This document shows positions 53,347 through 64,000 of a stretch of DNA of 64,000 bases, piece after piece. The DNA comes from Octopus sinensis (lineage: Eukaryota), in contig NC_042998.1 in the NCBI RefSeq assembly GCF_006345805.1, positions 76,942,001-77,006,000 of the forward strand. The letters run 5' to 3'. How positions within the stretch are numbered: position 1 is the first letter of the stretch; every line of letters begins with the position of its first letter. The position numbers were made by a program, and so were the translations under genes. The notes under the pieces are model-generated. The model was given only the letters and a program-made list of their open reading frames with translations, did no database searches and had not been told where the DNA came from.

Positions 53347-53413
53347 CACGTTTGTGTATATATATCTGTTTCTCTCTGCCTATCAATTCATACACAAAGA
53401 TATGCATGTGCGA

Positions 53414-53449
<36 letters not shown>

Positions 53450-53450
<1 letters not shown>

Positions 53451-53712
53451 ATCTATACAATATTTACATTACTCGGTAGTCAAGATAAAACTCTGAGTTT
53501 CAGATGCCGAAGTGGAAATCCACAACACCATCTCTTCGGTTATCTGGCTAGCCAGATAACCGAAGAGATGGTGTTGTTGATTTCCACTTCGGCATCTGAA
53601 ACTCAGAGTTTTATCTTGACTACCGAGTAATGTAACATATTGTATAGATAAATTTCCTCTATTTACATAATATTGAGGTCTCTTTCTTTCTTTTGTTATC
53701 TTACCGTTTTAT
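53450..53712. mobile_element. PLE-like terminal repeat with a ~100-bp-arm loopless palindrome
   Basis: Centre GGCT|AGCC at 53549/53550; 1 mismatch and 1 indel; (TA)n on both sides. Confidence 0.8.
53555..53615 (+). ncRNA. Variant hammerhead-like motif (mirror copy at ~53484-53544, minus)
   Basis: GATAA-CCGAAGA-GATG...CATC-T-GAAA-CTCAGAG-TT-TTATC. Confidence 0.5.
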
Positions 53713-54029
53713 CAATATATATATATATATATATATTAGGTTATAGATACGTATTTCTATGTGAATCTTGAATGATATATAACTCGTGATTAATCACAAT
53801 AATCTCTGGCAGACTGATTAATGTTGATCAGCTATAGGCTAGGCTTTAATAAATTACTTAATTCAGGAATAAATTTATATTTATGGGCAAAATAGGCTTC
53901 AATACATTTTGCTTCTGCAAAGCTGCTTCTGAGAAGCTTTTCACCCTTCTTATCAGAAATAAACTGTTATAAATCTGCTTCGATTTGTATCTCCAAGGAT
54001 TATTCAGTATATCTAAGTTAAATTCGCTT

Positions 54030-54265
54030 GTGTGTATACATACACATACATACATACATACATACATACATACACACACACACATACATACATACGTAAA
54101 TACATACACACACATACATACATACATAAATACATACACACACACATACATACATACATACAAACACACATACATACATACATACACACACATACATACA
54201 TACACACATACATACATACACACACAACACACACATATATATATATATACATACACACATACATC
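54030..54265. repeat. (CATA)n/(CA)n microsatellite
   Basis: Direct inspection. Confidence 0.95.
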
Positions 54266-55224
54266 GTTTAGCTCAAAGGTTGAGAACTCTCAATCAGAAT
54301 TTGAGAGATAAGTTCGATTCTCTGTAGTGGCTTATTGACCACTTGTAACGGCGGTGCTCCAGCATGGCTACAACTCTCGAGCGGTAAGTAGTAAAAGAAA
54401 TATAACACACACACATAATGTATATGCATAGTGAGTTCGTTTGCGAAAAAGTATACATAGTACAACACATAGCGGAGCCTCTTACCAAGAAATGAACGTT
54501 TTCCTTTAGGATCCAGGCGAATAAGGGACGCTTTGTAGAGAACACACAAAGTGGGTTTATGCGGAGCGGTTTCCTGCTTAGCTGGAAAAAAATAAGTAGT
54601 ACTTGTATTTCAAAAGTTCTACACTTATCACATTCTCCCCGAAAACTATGTTAAGGGTACGTGTGTCTGCAAGATTGTGAGCCACTTGCACGTTAATTTC
54701 AAGAGCACACGAGCAAGATGTTCCTTTGATAGGATTCAACTGAACCCTCGTTATCATAACCGGCTGTGTTCCATGTAGACAAAAGAGGGAATTGTGTTTT
54801 ACTCTGTTGTACTTGAATGAGCGTAAATGCTGGTAAACATTACTTTATAATCATAAGCAGTAAGTTTTGGGTATATAGCTACCACATCTACCTCCGTGAA
54901 TAGCAACTGACTATACATACAGGATGAAAAACGCTGTGAACCCGAAGAACGTTCATGACAAATCAAACGTTACAATTCTGAATAATTCTATTAATATATA
55001 TCTAAATACATAACTACACACACACACACACACACACGTATATATGGGGAGAGAATGCGAGAGAAAAAAAAGAGAAAATAATTTCTGCAAAACATTTTAT
55101 TTATTGCTAAAATAGTATATGGTGATGTTAAGGTATTGCATCACATTGGTTTGTCTGTTCCTCCCACTTTCTCATTCTGTGTGAGTGTGCGTGCGTTTGT
55201 ACATTCTTATATTCTTTTACATGC

Positions 55225-55427
55225 TTCCGACATTTGAGTGCAACCATGCTGGAGCACCGCCTTTCGTCGAACAACTCGACCCTAGGACTTGTAAGCCTAG
55301 TACTCATTCTATCGGACTCTTTTGCCGAACCGCTAAGTTACGGGGGACGTAAACACACAAACATCGGCTGTCAAGCGATGGCGGGGGGCAAACACAGCCA
55401 CATAAATGCATATATTATTTATATTCT

Positions 55428-55464
<37 letters not shown>

Positions 55465-55631
55465 ATATGTATGTATATACGACGAGCTTCTTTCAGTTTA
55501 CGTCTACCAAATCCACTCACAAGACTTTGGTCGGCCCGAGGCTGTAGTAGAAGACACTTGGCCAAGGTATCACGCAGTGGTGAGACTGAACCCAGAATCA
55601 TGAGGTTAGTAAGCCATCTACTTACCACACA

Positions 55632-55635
<4 letters not shown>
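55225..55635 (-). mobile_element. SINE family 2
   Basis: Consensus match. Confidence 0.88.
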
Positions 55636-55693
<58 letters not shown>

Positions 55694-55696
<3 letters not shown>

Positions 55697-55880
55697 AGGG
55701 TACTACTATTCGTAGATCCAACACGCTAAGAGGGACCAATGCGGTCAAAACTACTAAATTCTTTTTTAAAATGATGTGTTTTGAAGTTTTGCATTCGGTA
55801 AAATTTTGTTTATTTTTAGTAGTTTTGACCGCATTGGTCCCTCTTAGCGTGTTGGTATCTACGAATAGTAGTACCCTCAA
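55694..55880. mobile_element. MITE with ~65-bp TIRs and TA flanks
   Basis: TA|TTGAGGGTACTACTATTCGTAGAT...ATCTACGAATAGTAGTACCCTCAA|TA. Confidence 0.85.
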
Positions 55881-56229
55881 TATAATATAAATGAATATTT
55901 TCAAAGAGGAAGAATTTACGGATTTTTTCTCTTACGAGGTTTTTCACGCTGACTACTGATAATTTCTTTTAAAGATTTTATCCTCAATTGTTAATATATA
56001 ATAGAAATATTAAAATAACTAAGTCTCTCTAAAAGAGAACAGCGGCAGCGTTCCCGGAAAATAATAGTTATCGCCATACTAATATGGCATTCTTATAAAA
56101 ATAAGAAAAAAGCTGTCCGCTTATTAGCTCCATGAGGCCATCGCCTTAAGTTAGCTATTTGATACACAAACTGTATCCATATAACCTTCGAACAAGGGAG
56201 GTCAGTCGCTCCACACTACTTGACCGGCA

Positions 56230-56271
56230 GCTACAGACGCGTTTCGGGGTACTGCCCCTTTTCAATGCAGC
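56230..56271 (-). ncRNA. Minimal hammerhead, U3-A8 variant (inverted copy)
   Basis: GCTGCA-TTGAAAA-GGGG-CAGTA-CCCC-GAAA-CGCG-TC-TGTAGC. Confidence 0.7.
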
Positions 56272-56494
56272 GTAGCCAGCCAGTAGGTGTCGCTTTTTTC
56301 TTATTTTTATAAGAATGCCATATTAGTATGGCGATAACTATTATTTTCCGGGAACGCTGCCGCTGTTCTCTTTTAGAGAGACTTAGTTATTTTAATATTT
56401 CTATTATTGAAAACAAGTGGATGTATTCCACCGAAACTAGGTAAATAAAACATCGAACAGAGATTGTCGGAAGCGACACCTACTGGCTGGCTAC

Positions 56495-56538
56495 GCTGCA
56501 TTGAAAAGGGGCAATACCCCGAAACGCGCGTCTGTAGC
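56495..56538 (+). ncRNA. Minimal hammerhead, U3-A8 variant (unit 1)
   Basis: Same motif with loop CAATA and stem III ACGCGCGT. Confidence 0.7.
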
Positions 56539-56857
56539 TGCCGGTCAAGTAGTGTGGAGCGACTGACCTCCCTTGTTCGAAGGTTATATGGATACAGTTG
56601 TGTATCAAATAGCTAACTTAAGGCGATGGCCTCATGGAGCTAATAAGCGGACAGCTTTTTTCTTATTTTTATAAGAATGCCATATTAGTATGGCGATAAC
56701 TATTATTTTCCGGGAACGCTGCCGCTGTTCTCTTTTAGAGAGACTTAGTTATTTTAATATTTCTATTATTGAAAACAAGTGGATGTATTCCACCGAAACT
56801 AGGTAAATAAAACCATCGAACAGAGATTGTCGGAAGCGACACCTACTGGCTGGCTAC

Positions 56858-56899
56858 GCTGCATTGAAAAGGGGCAATACCCCGAAACGCGTCTGTAGC
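56858..56899 (+). ncRNA. Minimal hammerhead, U3-A8 variant (unit 2)
   Basis: Same motif with stem III ACGCGT. Confidence 0.72.
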
Positions 56900-57077
56900 T
56901 GCCGGTCAAGTAGTGTGGAGCGACTGACCTCCCTTGTTCGAAGGTTATATGGATACAGTTTGTGTATCAAATAGCTAACTTAAGGCGATGGCCTCATGGA
57001 GCTAATAAGCGGACAGCTTTTTTCTTATTTTTATAAGAATGCCATATTAGTATTGCGATAACTATTATTTTTGTTAA

Positions 57078-57084
<7 letters not shown>

Positions 57085-57127
<43 letters not shown>

Positions 57128-57173
57128 GTGTGTGTGTGTATAATATATGTATATGTATATATATGTATATATA

Positions 57174-57204
<31 letters not shown>

Positions 57205-57369
57205 GTGTGTATATATATGTATATATATTATATATATATATATGTGTATATATATATTGTGTGTGTGTATATATATATATATGTGTGTGTGTATATATAT
57301 ATATGTGTGTGTGTGTGGTATATATATATGTGTGTATATATATATATGTGTGTGTGTATAATATATATG

Positions 57370-57404
<35 letters not shown>

Positions 57405-57409
57405 GTATA

Positions 57410-57468
<59 letters not shown>

Positions 57469-57525
57469 ATATATATATATATATATTATATGTGTGTATA
57501 TATATATATATATATACATATATAT

Positions 57526-57594
<69 letters not shown>

Positions 57595-57595
57595 A
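57085..57595. repeat. Mixed (TA)n/(TG)n tract
   Basis: Direct inspection. Confidence 0.95.
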
Positions 57596-57663
57596 TAACG
57601 TTTTGGCGTTCAGACGAGTGTACTGGTATGGATGTGGCAAGATTTGAAATATTGTTGAGTTTT

Positions 57664-57736
57664 ATGCAGCTGATGAGGATAAATCAATTATACGATTGAC
57701 ATTCGTATTTTGAGAAATCCGAAACCGGTACTGCAT
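57664..57736 (+). ncRNA. Canonical type-I hammerhead with extended stem II, inside a ~325-bp PLE-like repeat (57596-57922)
   Basis: ATGCAG-CTGATGA-GGAT...ATCC-GAAA-CCGG-TA-CTGCAT; inner hairpin TCAAT/ATTGA. Confidence 0.82.
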
Positions 57737-57917
57737 TATCCGTTATCTAGGTTTTTCATTTTTCAGATGTTCTTTCTAGAGGTAAGGCAATTTTTTTCAC
57801 GTTTGGTGCACACACGCATCTTTACTAGTACATACGCAGTGAAGCTATACATTAGCGTCGTATTTATTACTTCGCTATTTCCAGTAAATATCGGTACTTC
57901 GTTGTGCCATTTATTTA

Positions 57918-57968
<51 letters not shown>

Positions 57969-59109
57969 CATCATTAATGAGGTAAAATATCAGCGGCGGG
58001 ATTATATTTTAAATGATGTATGTTATGGTTAGCGCAGGTTTGGCACGCGATAAAGTGTTTCCGGGGCTAGACTTATAGTATTCACAAATCTCCGCAAACA
58101 GCAGAATATATTTAAACGAAATGATTCAGCAAGATGTTTTCGCTTATCTCAAAGTTGGTAATAATTAGAATCAAATTTTGACAGTCTAGGTAATTTTCGA
58201 TCCCGTTTTGTTGGACAATACTGTTAAAACGATTGCATTATCCAATCCGTATTCTCGATTCTGAGACAGTACTATTTGATTTGTAACCGATTTCGCTACT
58301 GCATTTGGTGGATTGATCGGCATTATAGAAATCCGTTTAAATAGAGCAGTGGAATACAGAGGTATAGAATTTTCTAAATTGAAGGTATGAATACTGACAG
58401 TCTGACCTATACATATGTCTATTCATACATTTTATATATACATCAATGATACATTTATGTTCAAGTGACAGTATGGAAGAGCTAGACTCTTCCGTACTGT
58501 CTGTCAGCAGAACAGTACAAATATGAAAACTGTTAAGGCTCAACCTGAGTACGCTTATTCGGATTATTGCATTCTCATTATCAAGATTCCAGCCAGGATT
58601 TTGGTTTTAGATTAGAAATCAGATCCTTCCTTCTAGAAAATTAAAAAAAAATGCTTGTTAAGATAGCTACATATTTATATAGATAGATACATATATGCAT
58701 ATATACGTACACACACTCACATGTATATTTTCACTTGTCCAAAAATTAAATGTTACCCCATTAAGCATACATGAGGTCTGTTTCAGTTGTTCGATTAAGG
58801 AAACTATCCATTCATTGCATAAGTGGTTGAGTATACATCAGATATTTCTACCCTTAGCTGATTTCTGATATGCATGAACTTAATGTTACATTTAAAGCGT
58901 AATTGTTGATCACAGATTTCTCATCATCTCTACATTGAGTTGGACCAACATAGGATACCTAGTTACAGCTGAGTGCAATGAGGTTCTAGAAACTTTTTGT
59001 GGTGAATATGGAGAAAGAGCAATTGTGGAGGTTTAAAAGACTAAAATGAAAACACTAATGACTTTACCATCAGAATTTCTGCATTCCGAAGTACCAGTAA
59101 TCTATTAGT

Positions 59110-59300
59110 TTCAAATTCCTGACACAAGACCAGCAATTTCAGGAAAGGGGTTAAAGTCGATTACATCTACTGCAGTGATCCAGAAAGGGTGAAAAGCAAA
59201 ATCGACCTCGGTGGAACATGAACTCAAAACGTAAAGGCGGACTAAATGCTGCGAATCATTTTGCCCGGCGAGCTAATGTTTCTGCCAGGTCACCGCCTTA
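59110..59300 (-). mobile_element. SINE family 1, diverged
   Basis: Consensus match. Confidence 0.75.
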
Positions 59301-60214
59301 GTACCAGTAATATGTTAAGATTGATTTTATCGGCTACGAGACTGCTGCTACTTACAACTTTTGCTTATTCTAGGAAATTTTATATAGTTTGTGGAGTGTT
59401 ATACATAGCCAGTAGGTGTGTTTCTCTAAAACTATGTTGTTGCTTCTGTGGCTTAGTTACAGATAGTTTTATTATATCCAACAGGTCACGCTACTCTGTA
59501 TTTCTCTATTGCATTATTCTTTTATCCTTTTGCGGAATTCTTTATGTATTCAGAACCAGTTGTAACGCCTGCTTCTCTTTCAATGTAATCGATCACCTCT
59601 CTAACAGGTATTTAACACTTAGACACCATCGGCAGTCTATTTCCTTTTCAATTCTCTCCTTATTTTCTCTTTCCGTCTCTTTCTCGCCTCTGTTCCCCTA
59701 TTTGCTGTATATCTAAAATCACCTCGCTTTTTATATATAAACCAGATTACTTTCACTCCATTTATATTTCCATTTTATCTGATACAAGAGAAACCTTAGC
59801 AATAGAATTTATTTATACATTTGTTTTATATTATATTCTCAGATATCCCTTTTCTCTGCCCCCTCCCCTGCTCGTCCTCATTCTCTCTATTCTAGTCCTC
59901 CTTTCTCTTTGTCTCACAAACATACCGATTTCAATCGACTAATAAAATTATATTCAATTCCTCTACCATATCATATATATTATATATCATATCCCTTACA
60001 TCTGGTCAATAATACGACTCTCAATGACAAATTGCTCATAAGTCTATTAAATCCATCTTAAAGTTTCCTTCATTATATATAAAGACAACAGTAATACATT
60101 CTAGATCAGACTCCAATAGGAATGTCTACACTTTAATTAAACACGTCTGAACTTTTCCACTAAAGTTAACTCCTAAGTATGATTGCTTAAGTAAAAATGC
60201 TTTATTACTGGAAG

Positions 60215-60260
<46 letters not shown>

Positions 60261-61976
60261 TATATATATACGTATATCGCAATTTATATGACCATAAATT
60301 TACAAGCATCTTTACTGGTCAAAGAAAAAACCTGTAGCACTTAAAGAAATGATTTAATGCTTTTAATATTCATTAAAATTTGCAGTACAAATTACATTAT
60401 ATTTGCAACAATTTAACTTTTTCAAGAGAAATACAAATTAGTAACACAATTCAGACTAATTCCACAAGATCGTTCTCTACATTGAAATCGTCGTTAATTT
60501 ATGTTTCATATTATATCAAGAATATTTATTATAATTTCGAGGCCTATACCCATCATGTATATAGGTGCATTACATTAAATTTTTGTCATGTCAAATAACT
60601 TTCGATGTTAAACAATAATCAACTATATGCTTTTTTATGAATTGATCATGAGAGGGCGTATTTTGATGTGTGCAAGACTGATTAAAGATAGAGAGTAGGG
60701 CACTACTAGTAGTGGAGTTTCAATAAGAAGTAGATCATGAAATGGTTGTAAACTCGGTAAACCTCGTCAGAAAGCATGCTGCACTAAGCACTCTCCTAAC
60801 GGCAATCGCAAGCAAGTCATTGGTATTCAATCTGGAAAAAATGTAAATGCAAAATCCGATTATAAGGATGGTCTATGCCATAGGGTTCTGAACAGTTTCT
60901 GCTACTATGTTTTCAATTACAAGACCTGATCAATCAAAAACTTTTATTAGAAGACACTTGTCAAACACATCACGAAGTGGGATGGAATCCGGAACCACAC
61001 TATTAGAAATGTATCTTATCTTTTAATCACCAGATCATTATTTTTTTCAATATACGTTCTATCTATTCACAGGATGCACAGTTACCTGTAAGTACAGTAA
61101 AACGAACTGGGTCATTTGTAGGACATATATCTGGTGAAATCAGATTTCAAACCCGACTATTATACATCCGACGCAAATATTTTGTTCCATACTGAGATAT
61201 CTTGTTTATGTAGATAATTATATATTTATACATTCATTGTACTAACTTTAAATTAATTATTCTGGTACATAAACAATGTAAATACATCTGTTAGTTAAGA
61301 TGGATATAATTTACACACTTTAAAAATAACATTAAAGCAAATAAAATGAGTAATATTTATTTTCGTAGTAAGAATGTTCGCATTGGATGATGATTCTTCT
61401 ATAACCGCAATAGAAAGATGTAGTAAGAATAATTATAAAAAGTACGATACAAGATCGGTTTAGTTTTGAATTCATCAAGGCAATTGTTCTCGAAAGCGAA
61501 AAGTCTATTCGTCACCATTAAAAGATAATTGGTCTTATTTTCATTATAAATACATAAACAACCATTCGTATTTTGTTGATATCATGTCAAAACACATTAC
61601 AAACCTCTATACTAAAAACCTTAACATTTTTCATTACAAGAAAAGTAAACGTCTTCTTAAATATAATACATTATAAAAGCGAGATAACAAATACCGTTAT
61701 GTTTGGAATTGATAAATAATGAGTTTAAGCCTGTGTGCTACGGCAAGGCGGACATTTATTTATTACTGCGATATTAACATACGTACTTTTAATGTAAATA
61801 CAAAAGATGGTAAAGAAAAAACTGTCTAAAGGCCGAGAAATCAGGAATATTTTAAAGACGATGAAAACAGCCCAGGCGAAATTACATGTGGAAAGAATCT
61901 CAAGTACTATTTAAATATATATACATGCACGCACGCGTTTGTGAGTGGATTTGGTAAACGGAAAGTGAAAGCAACC

Positions 61977-62023
<47 letters not shown>

Positions 62024-62089
62024 CTAGCTGAAGGTGACCCGCTCTACGCGTGGGTAAGAGTGTGGTTGTTACTTTCTGTGGCTTCCTTT

Positions 62090-62400
62090 CAGCACGTAAA
62101 AAGCACCATCCGAACGTGGCCGATTGCAGCGCCGCCTTGACTGGCTTCTGTGCCGGTGGCACGTAAAAAGCACCAACCGATCGTGGACGCTGCCAGCCCC
62201 CCTGGTACCTGTGCCGGCGGCACGAAAAAAGTACCCACTACAGAGTGGTTGGCGTTAGGAAGGTCATCCACCTGTAGAAACATTGCCAGATCAGACTGGA
62301 GCCTGGTGCAGCCTCCTGGCTTCCCAGACCCCGGTCAAACTGTCCAACCCGTGCTAGCACGGAAAAGGGACGTTAAACGATGATGATGATGATGATGATG
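62090..62400 (+). mobile_element. Retroposon 3' region with internal ~62-bp tandem units and a (GAT)n tail
   Basis: GTAAAAAGCACC...GTGCCGG(T/C)GGCAC repeats; GTGGTTGGCGTTAGGAAGG; GACGTTAAAC(GAT)n, typical of RTE-type tails. Confidence 0.7.
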
Positions 62401-63212
62401 ATTCTCCCTCTTTGTTTCTCTCTCCTTTCTCTCTCACTTTCCCCACTCTCTTACTTTTCTTTTCTCTCGGACACTCCCTCGCTTTCTCTTACTCTCTATC
62501 TTTATCTATCTCTCTCCCATTTATAAACAACAAAAGATCTTGAGTAAGTTGAGAAGTAAAATATTTAGAAAGATCAATCTAAATATCAGGCAGTGGCAAC
62601 GGAAGGGTCTGCTTCAAGGCAGACAGCAAAACACTAACATTCAAAAGGGACAGACGAACTTGCGTGCTGAATAAAAATAATAAAATATTGGAAACCAAAG
62701 TTTGAAGGGATAGAATCTGAGGATAGTAGAGTCATCATGGCTGTCATTTCTTAACGACGGACGGCAACGTATTGACAGTTTAACGGCTGGCGTAAAATTT
62801 TGAGCTTGATGTAAAAGAAAATTCGTAAACACCAAGTTTTGAAGTGATTCTTTCTCACGACAGTAGACTCACCATGGCAAGCATTCAAAACTTCTTCATC
62901 ATGGACGGCAACACATTGACGATTAAAAGGCTGGTGCAAATTTTTTAGCTTGATATAACAGAGAATTCCTAAACACTCGCTCATTTAAATTTTAATCCCT
63001 TTCCAGCCCCATTTAGACCCCTTTTCGCATTTTGGTTAATATAACCCGATTTCATTCGGGTCTACTGGGGCCACATTTTATAAGATGATGAATTTTGTCC
63101 TAGAGGTCACGCGCTTCATTTGAGGAAAAAATAGTTGTCATGCAAACTTGCCAGCACTTTTAACATAGGTCTGCATATTTTCAGCTGAACCGACCGACCA
63201 CATAATGCACAG

Positions 63213-63251
<39 letters not shown>

Positions 63252-63324
63252 ATTTATATATGTGTATATATATATATGTGTGTGTGTGCACGCATTATAT
63301 ATACAAATGTATACAAATTATATA

Positions 63325-63363
<39 letters not shown>

Positions 63364-64000
63364 AAATTAAATTAGAGATAAAACCGCTAATAGGCAAATC
63401 AAACAGTGAAAAACAAAAACCAAAAACATAAAAATAAAAATATAATATAGAAAATATATAAAATATAAAATTGAAAAATTTAAAGTATTTAAATTTAAAA
63501 TAAAAATTATTAAAGTATATTTATAATTTGTTTAAAAATATATATAACTATGAAAAAGTATTAAAAAGTTTAATATACATAAATATAGATATATACACTT
63601 TGTATATATACATTATATATACATATTTATATATAGAACACACACACACACACACACGCACATATATAAATGAACGCAAGAAATATCTGATTCATAATAT
63701 TTGTTCTCATGATTGTGTGTTGTTTGTGGCGATGATAATTCTCTCTTTGAACGCAGACAGCGCGATAAAGAACGCCGTTTGACGAACTTATAAAGGGAAA
63801 CTGAAGGGGAGTTAGAGGGGAATGGAGGAAATAGCGTGAGTGAGGAAGACAGATACGTAAAAGAATGGGAGTGGATTTGTCAAAGTGGGTTTTTGGCCCT
63901 AGCAACGACACCTTTTAAGATAGGGATTTCTAAGGTAGCCCACGGGCATCGTCACCTCATTTTACATGTCCCTGTAAATTTTGGAGTCAATCCGACGGGT

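Larger units (their letters stand above)
56001..57070 (+). mobile_element. ORF-less PLE/retrozyme-like insertion: inverted segment plus ~2.15 tandem 361-bp units, 13-bp TSD
   Basis: TTGTTAATATATA at 55988-56000 and 57071-57083; 56001-56293 inverted; direct units begin at ~56292, 56654 and 57016. Confidence 0.85.

Noticed and set aside
56292-57070. CRISPR-like or satellite array
   Set aside because: Units are 361-bp near-identical repeats without unique spacers, in eukaryotic context; explained as PLE/retrozyme repeats.
59246-59716. 156-aa plus-strand ORF
   Set aside because: It starts inside an antisense SINE, ends in a pyrimidine tract and has no recognisable domain.
59990-60120. Possible Gypsy integrase (YYWP-like) remnant
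   Set aside because: Similarity needs several corrections; too weak to call.
60743-60930. 62-codon open plus-strand run
   Set aside because: No start codon, splice support or homology; within chance expectation.

Overview
AT-rich, microsatellite-saturated eukaryotic DNA. The repeat families I recognise suggest Octopus or another coleoid cephalopod (inference, no database check). I find no intact protein-coding gene; almost all listed ORFs are translated microsatellites or retroelement pieces. The window holds: (i) decayed non-LTR retrotransposons, namely seven R4/Dong-type RLE fragments mostly next to (TAA)n arrays, two CR1-group and three RTE-group LINE fragments; (ii) a Tc1/mariner transposase fragment; (iii) many copies of three tRNA-derived SINE families; (iv) MITE-like inverted repeats and Helentron/HINE-like ends; (v) numerous Penelope-like (PLE) terminal-repeat fragments. 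The most notable signal is at least eight minimal type-I hammerhead ribozyme motifs from several unrelated sequence families. Three lie in an ORF-less, 13-bp-TSD-flanked inverted-plus-tandem 361-bp repeat at 56001-57070, a retrozyme-like insertion with a compensatory U3-A8 core. A few exon-like or decayed LRR-like patches are reported at low confidence. Element boundaries were read by eye and are approximate unless stated. Single-base breaks in many (TA)n runs suggest long-read consensus errors, so some stops and frameshifts may be artefacts.
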